From positions 46,364 through 110,363 of the forward strand of contig CAZWNW010000006.1 in assembly GCA_964636255.1 (NCBI GenBank): 64,000 nt of DNA, in the 5' to 3' direction. Position 1 is the first letter of the stretch, and every line of letters begins with the position of its first letter. Under the pieces are notes generated by a model. That model was given only the letters and a program-made list of their open reading frames with translations. It ran no database searches and was not told the DNA's origin. Source of the stretch: an uncultured Bacteriovoracaceae bacterium. Lineage in GTDB: Bacteria > Bdellovibrionota > UBA2428. This document shows, one piece after another, positions 37,719 through 47,369 of the stretch. The translations under genes were made by a program, and so were the position numbers.

Positions 37719-39173
37719 ATGAAAAATTTTTTCGAAAAATTTCCGTCGCTCAACCATCAGGGGCGACGCATTATTTGGGACAGCCGCCAGAATTTATCGA
37801 GTCCCGAAGCAAAGTTAGTTTTTCTCTCGCCAGAAATTTTGGAAAATTCAGAAGTTTCAGAAAAGTTACTGGCGGCCGTCAACGCGGACTTCGTGGTGCC
37901 ACAAGGTAACAGGAAGGGACGAGAGGTAGCGGATGTCGCAGCAGCCCTGGCGTCCGCGTCGGCGGATGCGCTCTCGCACCCATCGTTGGCCCTGCGGGTC
38001 TGGGGGGTGACCGGAACCAACGGAAAAAGTAGTTGCGTGGAAATCCTTCGCCATGCGCTAATTTCAGAGGGGCGGAGTGTTCTTCAGATCGGTACGCTCG
38101 GGATATCTTTTTGGAAGGGAAATGCATCTACAGCTATTCATCGAGAGGAAACTGGCTACACGACACCCCTGGCGCCCCAGTTGCAGTACCTGCTCCATCG
38201 CGCAGTTGAAGAGGGCGTTCAAGATGTGGTGATGGAAGTTAGTAGTCATGCATTGGAAGAACGTCGCGCCGATTGCGTGGATTTTGATGCTGCCTTGTTT
38301 ACAAACCTTAGTCACGATCACTTGGATTTTCATGGATCGATGGATCGCTATTTCGAAAGTAAAAAAAGTTTTTTCACGCGCTTACTATCTGGCTCGCGAA
38401 AGTTGGAAAAGTTTGCCGTCGTCAATCGCGATGATCCCTACGGTCATCGATTGCTGCACGAAATTTCTTCGCAACCATTTATACATGTTGGCATTTCTAC
38501 TGCCTTTGATGCGCGCCTCAGAAAGAAATCCATTCGTGGTATGGAATTCAGTTGGACCGGGGTTGGTGATTTTCAAACGAAATTAGTTGGTTCTCATAAT
38601 CTGGAGAATCTAATGCTTTGTTTGGCGGCACTAAGGGGCATGGGGAGATTACCTGTTAAAAAGCTTCAAATGGCCGCCACGGATTTTCCCGGGGTGAGGG
38701 GGCGACTAGAGCGCATCGGGCCCGAGGGCCCCTTCGTTTTTGTCGACTATGCGCATAGCCCCGACGCTCTGGAGAAGGTGCTCAAGACCCTTTCAGGGCT
38801 CAGAGGCGAAGGCGCGCGTTTGGCGGTAGTTTTCGGCTGCGGTGGTGACCGTGACACCACAAAACGTCCGGAGATGGGGCGCATCGCAGCCCAGTATGCC
38901 GATATCATCACTTTGACCTCCGACAACCCCCGCACCGAAGACCCGGCTGAGATTCTGAAGCAAATTTATGAGGGAGTTCCGCAATCGGGGCGTGAGAAGG
39001 TCAATTTAAATGCTGATCGAGCGATCGCCATCCAGGACACCCTTCGAAAACTTGAGCCGATAGATGTTTGTTTAATTGCAGGTAAGGGACACGAGACCTA
39101 TCAGATCATTGGCAGTGAAAAACGAGCTTTCGATGATGCCGATGTTGTTCGGAGCTTTTTCAGGGGACTTTAA
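37719..39173 (+). CDS. murE: UDP-MurNAc-tripeptide synthetase (meso-DAP type)
   Basis: GVTGTNGKSS, MEVSSH, TNLSHDHLDFH, VDYAH, DNPR, AGKGHE. Confidence 0.95.
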   Translation: MKNFFEKFPSLNHQGRRIIWDSRQNLSSPEAKLVFLSPEILENSEVSEKLLAAVNADFVVPQGNRKGREVADVAAALASASADALSHPSLALRVWGVTGTNGKSSCVEILRHALISEGRSVLQIGTLGISFWKGNASTAIHREETGYTTPLAPQLQYLLHRAVEEGVQDVVMEVSSHALEERRADCVDFDAALFTNLSHDHLDFHGSMDRYFESKKSFFTRLLSGSRKLEKFAVVNRDDPYGHRLLHEISSQPFIHVGISTAFDARLRKKSIRGMEFSWTGVGDFQTKLVGSHNLENLMLCLAALRGMGRLPVKKLQMAATDFPGVRGRLERIGPEGPFVFVDYAHSPDALEKVLKTLSGLRGEGARLAVVFGCGGDRDTTKRPEMGRIAAQYADIITLTSDNPRTEDPAEILKQIYEGVPQSGREKVNLNADRAIAIQDTLRKLEPIDVCLIAGKGHETYQIIGSEKRAFDDADVVRSFFRGL

Positions 39174-39264
39174 AAGCTCCTGCTCCCCTCTTTAATTGAG
39201 CCTAGAATGTCTTCGCAGAATCTTCATACTGGGGGCTCCATTGGTGGTGATAATCTGAGAATGC

Positions 39265-41550
39265 ATGATGCGGGTCTATTTATCTGTTCTTGCTAAAGGC
39301 AGCGTTAAGCTCGTCTTTGCCTTTGCTTCATTAATTATTCACAATGATTGCGAAGTGGCCTTCAATTAGGAGAGCAAGAGAGCTAACCAAGTTGGAAATT
39401 CGAACGAAGCAGAACTTAGAATATTAAAGCCTTCGGGGATTGCTTATGTCACCGCCGATTCGCTTTCGCCGTTCACAGTTAGCGGTCGTTGTTCAAATAT
39501 AGATCGCGTCCAAATCCGACTTTCTGGAATTTCTGCAAATACCTATGCCGTTTGTAATGACGGCTATTTTACTGCTCAGCTGAATTTATCCGGGATTGCT
39601 CCGCGACAACGACTTACGATTTCAGCGACCGCAGCCGGCATAGGCGACGAAGCATGGGTCGAATACATGGTCGACGTTCCGAGTGTCAGCGTTTTTCGAG
39701 CTCGGCGATCAGCAACTGTTGATACGAACATTAGTTTAACAAAGGAAAGTACGGCCTACTTTAGTCTTTCGGCCACAGGTGCCGCGGAATACGCCATTTT
39801 TCCGAATACAAATTGTTCGGGAATTTCTAGTTGGCGCAAATACCAACCTGTTGGATCGATTGCCGTTGTGACTGCTGCGATCGGTAATTTCAATCGATCA
39901 AATAATTATTCCATAAAAGTGAGAAATCCGGCTCGTATTGAATCCGCATGTCGAGCCGGTGTTTCGATCGAACATGATTCTATCGTTCCGGAAATCGTCT
40001 TTGACCCGCCAGCTGCCTATGCCAATGCTCAGGCGGGTGATCAAACTGTATCTGCGTTCCGCCTAACGGGAACCTGTTCGGATGGTGGGCGCACATTATC
40101 GAATCGCCCATTAATCTTGGAGATTGTTCCGCAAAGTGGAGAAAGTCAGCGTGTTTCGAATTTAGGATCCTGTGGCAGTAGCTTCGGATTCAATGTAGAT
40201 CTTCGCTCCTTCCCGGAGGGCAGTATTAGCTTCCGAATTCTGCTTGAAGACGCAGCCGGGAACGAAGGACGCTCAATGAGCCGAACAATTGTGAAGGACA
40301 CACTGGCACCAACAAACCCATCGATCGTGATTAACGACGGCGACTCAGAAACGGCTGATTTGAATGTGATGTTGAGTCTCGCAGCTGTAGGCGCAACAAA
40401 AGTTCATGTAACTAACGTGGCAAACTGCGTAATCCCTTCGGGGGCCGTGAATCCGTGGGAGTTATTGAGTGGCGCGAAGGCTTGGGAGATTGAAGGTGCT
40501 GCGCCCAACAATTCCAAAGTTTTTGCAAAATTCATGGACGCTGCAGGGAATATGTCTGACTGTGTATTTGCGGAAATTCTCTTTAATTCTACGCTACCTT
40601 ATGTGACTTTTACGAAACCTCTGGAAGAAGAAGCTTTAAATAGTTACCTCGGCACACTTGAGATACGCGGAACCTGTTCTTCTCCGGGTCGAGCGGTAAC
40701 CGTTAACGTTTATATGATCGATAGCGATGTGTCCGTTTTGCCGCAAAGGTCGCCGAACTGCACGAATGCCAGAACTTGGAGTGTTAATCATAGCAATCTC
40801 GGGAATCTTGGCGACGGTAGTTTTGAAATCCGGGCCCTTCATTCAAATGCAGCACGGGTCACGGCAGAAAATCAGGTCACGTTTCATAGCTATCGAAGTC
40901 GACCTGTACTCATGGGGGCGACCGTAAGTCCCGTCGTTAAAGACTTACAATCGGCGATATTCACCATCGAGGTTCCCGCCGGGATTGAATCAGGAAACAT
41001 AGTTACGATCGGACCGAGCTGCCAAGAGGCCGTTCTTAGCCAAACGCTGGGAACAGGAACAAGTCCTTTTCTTTGGAATCTTCCTCACAACCCTCCGTTC
41101 TATTCATTTAAAGTGGTTGGCTCCTATCAACACGTGAACGGCACGAATCGTATTACCGAAGGAATGAATACCGTTGCCATTCGACTGCGAGACATTGCTG
41201 GTAATTTGTCCGATCATTGCCAGCAACTCAGTTTTCTGGTGGATTCTGCGGTTCCTGTAGTTACGGCCTCGGCTTCAAGCTATTCCGTAACTCAAAATTT
41301 TAACCTAACAGGGAGCTGCGAGTTGGGGGCGGGAAATGTGCTCTTGGAGATCGACTCAATTTCCCTGAGGCGATTGGGCGCCTGCTTTAATAACGGATCT
41401 GGCCTAGGTATTTTCAGCATAGCTCTGGAAAAGACTCTCTTTGTTCCCGGTAGCAGTTACGACGCCGAGTTGAAGCAGTCCGATGCCGCTGGAAATGAGG
41501 GTGTCTTTGAATTTGTCATCAGCGCACCCGAAGATCCCCCAGCGATATAG
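39265..41550 (+). pseudogene. Ig-like repeat surface protein gene interrupted by one in-frame TAG (39367-39369); pseudogene, readthrough gene or sequencing error
   Basis: Frame is open from ATG 39265 through the ORF-track CDS 39667-41550 except for one TAG; repeats of (F/L)x(V/L/I)xGxC. Confidence 0.65.
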
Positions 41551-41692
41551 TAGAGGCAGTCGAGAATAAATTTGTGGGCTAAATGGTCTCTCTTTAGGGC
41601 TATTTCGAGTCTGTTTCAGTTTTAGGAAAAAATTTCTTGAGCTTGGAATTTAGAGGCAATTGAATCAAAACTCCGAATAGAGGAGTTTGCCC

Positions 41693-42151
41693 ATGTCGAC
41701 TACTTATTTCTTGATCGCAAACCGAAGTTCGGCGCGAATATGGAAATCGCATCCACCATTCAAAGATTTCCAGGAAGTTGAAGAAATCGTGCATCCCGAA
41801 GGGCGCCTTAGAAATCGTGATATCAATGCTGATCGCCACGGGACATCTTTTGAAAGTGCAGGTAGCGGCCAGCACAACTATTCGGCGAGTGTCGAGCCGA
41901 CCGAAGTAGTTGCCAGAAACTTTGCGGCGAGCTTGATCAATAAAGTATCAGGTGCCTATCAGCGAGGGGAGTTTTCAGACTTGGTTTTGGTTGCAGAGCC
42001 CAATTTCCTAGGGCTTTTACGGAATGAGCTCAAGGCGCCTCTGAAGACGGCCCTAAAACCCGCTATTTCGAAGGACTTTGGAAATCATCCGCCACTGGAA
42101 ATCAAGAAAAGCCTAGAGAAATACACCGCTGGCCCCGTGAATCCCGAGTGA
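41693..42151 (+). CDS. Host attachment protein (AtsE / baeRF-type release-factor-like fold)
   Basis: LIANRSSARIW, DRHG, FAASLINKV, LVLVAEPNFLGLLR, ISKDF. Confidence 0.8.
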   Translation: MSTTYFLIANRSSARIWKSHPPFKDFQEVEEIVHPEGRLRNRDINADRHGTSFESAGSGQHNYSASVEPTEVVARNFAASLINKVSGAYQRGEFSDLVLVAEPNFLGLLRNELKAPLKTALKPAISKDFGNHPPLEIKKSLEKYTAGPVNPE

Positions 42152-42209
42152 AGTTAACCTTAACTTAACTTTAACCCTGAGCGCAAAAAGACCGAAATAC
42201 AATAGAGAT

Positions 42210-44546
42210 ATGAGCCGTTTTCGACGGCCTGGTATTCTATTCCGGGCATTTAGCTTATTTGCGCTTTCCAGTTGTGGAGTGAGTGAGCTTTCGGCTGGCT
42301 TTCAAAGCGGCGCAAAAATGCAGGAGTCTCTGGATAATCAAACTCTGCAGTTGATGAATCGCTCTCCGGCCGTGGCATCAAATGATTATAGTTTGCTGGC
42401 CTCCGAGGCCAATAAATTTGTCATCGATCGGTCGCCACGGATCACCCTGGGATTCAGCGGGTTGTCCGATTTGCGCTCAACTATTGGTAACGCTTATCTT
42501 ACAGTTCAAGAATCATTCTTTAATCGACGAGCCCCGACCTTTTTTGAATGGGCTGGAAAATTTATAAGTTGGCGGGATAACTCGGACTACAAGATTCTTT
42601 TCACCTACTATCACGCGCAAAAAACAATCGATTACGTTGATTATCTATTTGCAGAGGGATTGATCCCACTGGAGTACATTCATTATTGGAAAAAACAAGG
42701 CAGTTCCTTCGCGGTTGATGCTCCTTATTGCGACGATCCGGATCCTTTGATCAGTGCCTATTGTGTTCCGGTTGCAGAAATTCTTCCTGCGCTTCCGCTG
42801 ACGATTTATGCCGACGATGTTCAAGATCCCGAGGGATATTCCATGACCGCCGACGCCACGCATTTTTGTCCTTCTTTTAACGTCAATTTCAACTTGAATG
42901 GCGAGTCCTATTGCGTTGACAACACTGCAGCCGATTTTGACAGCTGGAAGTTAGAGGACGGAGCGCTGAAACGGGTAATGACTTTTTTCCGCCATCAGCA
43001 ATCACCGGTTCCCCTCTTTAATCCCGCCGATGATGCAGACACCATTTATCATGAAATGGGCCACGTATTGCAGCTTGTGATGAATGGTCGTGCGCTTGAA
43101 AATCCTGTGGGACGAAATGGCGTCGTGGACGCGATCTTAGAGGGTGTTTCTGATTTTTTCGCGGGTGTGATGACCGACGACAGCGCTCTCTTTCGCTATT
43201 CGTTGGCAAATTTTAAATCCGCTTATCCCGAAGCTTTCGCGTCGGGAACTCAGCACAATCAGCGCGACTTAACGAATACACTGCGGCTGCCAGATGCGTT
43301 CGCCGGATTTAGCGATCATCCCGATGCACCCCACGTAGGGAATTCCCACATGAGCGGACGAGTCATTGCAGGTCTTCTCTATGATTTGAAACTTTTTTAT
43401 GACGGCGAAACCCCTAGTTCCGTATCAGCTCATTGCGTGGATTTTCCGGACCTCGATATCTGCTCCATGCTTTTTAGCCCAATACAAATCCCTGCGGGAA
43501 AGGATTGGAGTAGCTGGGACATCGTTTTGGGGCTTGTCATGCGGACCTTCGCTGGACAACCCTCGTCGGATTCATTCAACGTAGATAATTCCACCTTCCA
43601 TCACTTTGGAGTGAAACTTTTGGAAACATGTGCGGATTTGGCAACCGAGTTCAACTGTCCAGAATCAGAGTTGACCGATCTGCTTGTCCTTCGCGGACTC
43701 ATGACTGAGAGGCCTTTGTATCCGCCGACACTTGCTGCGCCGCCAGTTCCCTATGATACCGAGGCCGAGCGGGTTTACTCCCTGGGCCCAATCGAAACCG
43801 GCGATCTTTATCAAACTGATTGGGGAATCGAAACTCTGAAAACAAGTTTAGGGCGTGTCGATTATCAGCCGGATTATTCAGGTGCACCCGCATCAGGCTA
43901 CTGGGCCAATGATGATCTTTTCGTGGACCCCTGCGAAGTGATGGTTATTTTTCCTAATCTCATCAACAAAACACACATCATGGAAAACCGTGCCAAAGGT
44001 AATTTTGATGATACAGACGCCGATCCCGACACTATGGGGGCCGATATCTACGACATTAAAGTCGAGCTTCTAGACTTTACAGGATTTTTGCCTTTTACCG
44101 TCGGGGATAATCTGATCGAAAACGTTTCGGACCCCGGATACATCGACCATCGCATTATTCCTTGGCTCAAGCCGGGCGAGTCGACTGGATTTGCGACGAT
44201 CGAAGACGCCAATGGCGACCGCGACGCCTATTCGCCGATTCGCGATCCTGAATCATCTTTTTACAAGGTTCACCAAGACTATCGAGTTTCGAAGAAAATT
44301 TCTAAGATGAAAGCCACATCCAGCACGACGGATTTTCCGACGGCTTTAGGTTGGATCCTTCGTGCCCCCAAAAATCTCAATGACGTGGCCTCCGCCACCT
44401 TTCGCGTTCACTACAAAGTCTACAATCAGTTGACGATGTATGACGATCCGGCGACCAGTAATTTCGTCGAGGGAATCCCGCAACTCAACTTTGAATTTAC
44501 ACAGTCGATGACGGTTGATGGGAGTGAATCCTTTTGTGACCGCTAA
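42210..44546 (+). CDS. Lipoprotein zinc metallopeptidase (M4/M36 gluzincin-like)
   Basis: LSSC lipobox; TIYHEMGH; ILEGVSDFFA third ligand; HMSG. Confidence 0.72.
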   Translation: MSRFRRPGILFRAFSLFALSSCGVSELSAGFQSGAKMQESLDNQTLQLMNRSPAVASNDYSLLASEANKFVIDRSPRITLGFSGLSDLRSTIGNAYLTVQESFFNRRAPTFFEWAGKFISWRDNSDYKILFTYYHAQKTIDYVDYLFAEGLIPLEYIHYWKKQGSSFAVDAPYCDDPDPLISAYCVPVAEILPALPLTIYADDVQDPEGYSMTADATHFCPSFNVNFNLNGESYCVDNTAADFDSWKLEDGALKRVMTFFRHQQSPVPLFNPADDADTIYHEMGHVLQLVMNGRALENPVGRNGVVDAILEGVSDFFAGVMTDDSALFRYSLANFKSAYPEAFASGTQHNQRDLTNTLRLPDAFAGFSDHPDAPHVGNSHMSGRVIAGLLYDLKLFYDGETPSSVSAHCVDFPDLDICSMLFSPIQIPAGKDWSSWDIVLGLVMRTFAGQPSSDSFNVDNSTFHHFGVKLLETCADLATEFNCPESELTDLLVLRGLMTERPLYPPTLAAPPVPYDTEAERVYSLGPIETGDLYQTDWGIETLKTSLGRVDYQPDYSGAPASGYWANDDLFVDPCEVMVIFPNLINKTHIMENRAKGNFDDTDADPDTMGADIYDIKVELLDFTGFLPFTVGDNLIENVSDPGYIDHRIIPWLKPGESTGFATIEDANGDRDAYSPIRDPESSFYKVHQDYRVSKKISKMKATSSTTDFPTALGWILRAPKNLNDVASATFRVHYKVYNQLTMYDDPATSNFVEGIPQLNFEFTQSMTVDGSESFCDR

Positions 44547-45396
44547 AAAAATTAAGGAATCAAAATCAGTAATCCTCATCAAATGTGCAGACGAAGTCGG
44601 TTTGGTGCACAAGGTAACGGGCGTGCTTTTCGAGCGAAACCGGAACATTGTGGGGACTAGTGAATTCGTGGATCGTGACAAGACCATGTTTTTTATGCGG
44701 ACTGAATTCATGGGTAGCCATGATCTCGAAGTCATCGAAAAAGAAATCAGAGCAAAACTTCCAGCGGGAGCGTGGGTTCAAATCAGACCTTTGCGTGCCA
44801 AAGAAATCGTGGTTTTTGCGACGAAAGAATCTCATTGTCTAGGTGACCTGCTACTTCGCCACGATTACGGGGAGCTGAACGCTCAAATCCTCGCTATCGT
44901 CAGTCAATACGAAGAACTATCACGTCTGGTAGAAAAATTTAATCTGCCCTTTCTGCATATTCCTGTAACGGAAGGAATGTCCAGGGAGGATCACGAGAGC
45001 GCGATTTTGGAAAAGTTATCTGATTATAATTTGGATTACCTGGTCTTGGCGAAATACATGCGCATACTTTCGCCCTCTTTTACTGAGCGTTTTGAAAACC
45101 AAGTGATCAATATTCACCACTCATTTCTTCCGGCCTTTGTTGGAGCCCGGCCCTATGAGCAGGCTTTTAAGAGAGGCGTGAAAATCATTGGAGCCACGGC
45201 TCATTTTGTGAATCAAAATCTGGACGAAGGTCCAATCGTGACCCAGGGAGTAATCCCAGTCGATCACAGCTATTCGCCTCAAGCGATGGCTCAGGCAGGT
45301 CGTGACGTCGAGCGAAGCGTCTTGGGCCGCGCATTGCGTTTGGTCTTTGATGATCGTGTAATCGTGGACGGCAATCGCTGCATTATCTTTGAATAG
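44515..45396 (+). CDS. purU: Formyltetrahydrofolate deformylase
   Basis: ACT domain; LAKYMRIL, INIHHSFLPAF, GVKIIGATAHFV, LDEGPI; true start may be GTG 44536. Confidence 0.95.
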   Translation: MMGVNPFVTAKKIKESKSVILIKCADEVGLVHKVTGVLFERNRNIVGTSEFVDRDKTMFFMRTEFMGSHDLEVIEKEIRAKLPAGAWVQIRPLRAKEIVVFATKESHCLGDLLLRHDYGELNAQILAIVSQYEELSRLVEKFNLPFLHIPVTEGMSREDHESAILEKLSDYNLDYLVLAKYMRILSPSFTERFENQVINIHHSFLPAFVGARPYEQAFKRGVKIIGATAHFVNQNLDEGPIVTQGVIPVDHSYSPQAMAQAGRDVERSVLGRALRLVFDDRVIVDGNRCIIFE

Positions 45397-45521
45397 CTTG
45401 CCTGGACCGGCGTTTGACGCTGTGGACTTCTCTGCTTTGATCCAATTTCTTCACCAAATCTTAACGAGAGGCCGGCAAGATTCCTACATATAATAAAGAG
45501 AGGGACGCGGTGGGCTCTTTC

Positions 45522-45549
45522 TAAAGCTCCGTCGGGCGTCGACCGATAA
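45522..45549 (+). promoter_or_regulatory. Possible sigma28 promoter of the flp/tad operon
   Basis: TAAAGCTC..ACCGATAA with 16-nt rather than 15-nt spacer. Confidence 0.45.
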
Positions 45550-45587
45550 ATATTTTGTACACTTCCTTAGGAGGCTTAGAGCAATTT

Positions 45588-45767
45588 ATGAAAAAGAATC
45601 TGAAAAAGGGACAAACATCATTGGAATACATGCTGATTCTTGGAATCGTGGTCGCTGTTATCGTGATCTTCGGCAAGGGGATCAAAGGTAAAATCGGCGG
45701 ATTACTTGAGTCAGTCTTCGGTGGCGCGCAAAATGCTGCGACACAAACTATGAACGACGGCGGTTGA
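45588..45767 (+). CDS. flp: Flp-type type IVb pilin
   Basis: KKG|QTSLEYMLIL class III signal; RBS GGAGG; start set at MKKNL. Confidence 0.85.
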   Translation: MKKNLKKGQTSLEYMLILGIVVAVIVIFGKGIKGKIGGLLESVFGGAQNAATQTMNDGG

Positions 45768-45789
45768 TTCCGCTGTTTTCACGATTTCG

Positions 45790-46023
45790 ATGGAATCTGC
45801 CGTGCCTCGCTCTTTCAGTGCGCAGTCTAAATCTGCTCGGCGAAATCGGGGCCAGGCCATGATCGAGTATGTGCTGCTGCTTTCGGCCGTTGCAGCGGCC
45901 TCGTTTGCTTTCTTAAAATTTTTTAGTTCCGAAATTTTTGGGGCCGGTTTGAATCGACTGCCTCAAAAAGTAAGCGTTTGTGCTTCCCGCATGCAAAATC
46001 CTGAGGTGAAGTGTGGGCCTTAA
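45790..46023 (+). CDS. Flp-like pilin
   Basis: RG|QAMIEYVLLL. Confidence 0.75.
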   Translation: MESAVPRSFSAQSKSARRNRGQAMIEYVLLLSAVAAASFAFLKFFSSEIFGAGLNRLPQKVSVCASRMQNPEVKCGP

Positions 46024-46276
46024 GGAATCGGTGGAGTCGCGTCGGGGTCAAAGCACCTTGGAGTACATTTTAATGATCGCGGTCGTAGTCGCCGCTACTT
46101 ATGTTTTGAAGGATCCTATGAGCACCTATCTCACTCAGTTTTTTGCCGGTTTCAGTGGTCGCGCTTCGCGGACCGTCGTTAAACCCACGGGGCAAAACTA
46201 TTTGAGTAATACGGGGACCAAAGGCTGTTCATCTGTTCAAGGTGGCCGAAGTGGAGGGGGTGCTTCATGCGAATGA
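46013..46276 (+). CDS. Flp-like pilin
   Basis: RRG|QSTLEYILMI. Confidence 0.75.
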   Translation: MGLKESVESRRGQSTLEYILMIAVVVAATYVLKDPMSTYLTQFFAGFSGRASRTVVKPTGQNYLSNTGTKGCSSVQGGRSGGGASCE

Positions 46277-46851
46277 AGAAAAACTCCAGAAAAGCCGGTC
46301 AAAGCCTGATGGAATTCGCGTTGGTTATCTTTATTTTCCTGAACCTCTTAGTTGTCACCTACAATAGTGTTCTCGCATTTGCGACTCAGCAGTATTTATC
46401 TTATGTCGCCTTTTTGTCCGCGCGCGCATTTCAAGCCTCCTCTGAAAACCCCGAAGGGCAGCAAACGCGCGCCCAAACCGTACTGGATCGCTTGCTTCCG
46501 GGTGATCGATTGCAGGTTCCGAAATTTAATCGTGTTCTCGCCTACAATATCAAAAAATACGTTCCGGAGGCCTCGTCGGTTCCTTACGGTACGCGTTCGC
46601 CAACACCCGCGCGAGAAGTGCGAATCCAATTTGAAGTGCCGCTTTTTCAACTACCTTTCTTCTCGCTCAGTGAAAACTTTCCCTCACTTTACCTTGAAGC
46701 CCGAAGTTATCTAGGGCGTGAACCTACGCGCGCAGAATGTCGGGCCTATTTTCAGCGCTTTTATAACTATTTTTTACCCACAGGTATCCCGACTCGGGGT
46801 GTGCCGGAGGTCAGTACCGCATGGACCGGTATGGACGACAACGATTGCTGA
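46267..46851 (+). CDS. TadE-like minor pilin
   Basis: AG|QSLMEFALV..YVAFLSARA. Confidence 0.8.
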   Translation: MRMKKNSRKAGQSLMEFALVIFIFLNLLVVTYNSVLAFATQQYLSYVAFLSARAFQASSENPEGQQTRAQTVLDRLLPGDRLQVPKFNRVLAYNIKKYVPEASSVPYGTRSPTPAREVRIQFEVPLFQLPFFSLSENFPSLYLEARSYLGREPTRAECRAYFQRFYNYFLPTGIPTRGVPEVSTAWTGMDDNDC

Positions 46852-47306
46852 AGCGTCGATCAGGGGGGCAAGCTCTGATTGAAATTCTTCCAGCAACTTT
46901 AATTTTCGTCATGGTCATCTCGGTCACGCTTCGCTATTTCGAGATTTTTAGAGACGCTGTGGAAAAAGAACAGGTCGCCCGCAATTTATTGTTTGCGAAA
47001 ATAGGCAATTCGGGAACGCTGACGACTCCGCCATCACAACTGGCGAATCCCCGACAAATCAATCCTCAGGACACTGCCACCAGTCCGATCCAGTTTGATA
47101 TCGAGGGAGGTCGCGTGGCGGTCGATTCCACCAACGCTTTCGTCGGATCCGATGCAACCTGCTTTTCCGCCTTTCCTCCAGATTGGAGAAAAGAAAACCC
47201 CATTTTTTTCCCCGGCATTGGGTCTGGTGCCTTCCCGTCTGTTTTTGTTCTGACCTACGCCGTGATCTATCGCAATGCGTCACAAGGTAGTTGTCCCTTC
47301 AACTAG
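46821..47306 (+). CDS. TadE/TadF-like minor pilin
   Basis: GG|QALIEILP..QVARN. Confidence 0.7.
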   Translation: MDRYGRQRLLKRRSGGQALIEILPATLIFVMVISVTLRYFEIFRDAVEKEQVARNLLFAKIGNSGTLTTPPSQLANPRQINPQDTATSPIQFDIEGGRVAVDSTNAFVGSDATCFSAFPPDWRKENPIFFPGIGSGAFPSVFVLTYAVIYRNASQGSCPFN

Positions 47307-47369
47307 TCGCTGAGGGGCTACCCTAAGGCAATTTTAGGAAAAAGCCGATGAGATCAAGAGGATAGGTGC

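Noticed and set aside
39367-39369. Genome-wide TAG reassignment
   Set aside because: carA, the 8637-9281 gene and several others end at TAG at the expected positions.
41551-41660. TAGAGGCA(G/A)T direct repeat 100 bp apart
   Set aside because: Short, only two copies, no associated structure; compatible with chance.
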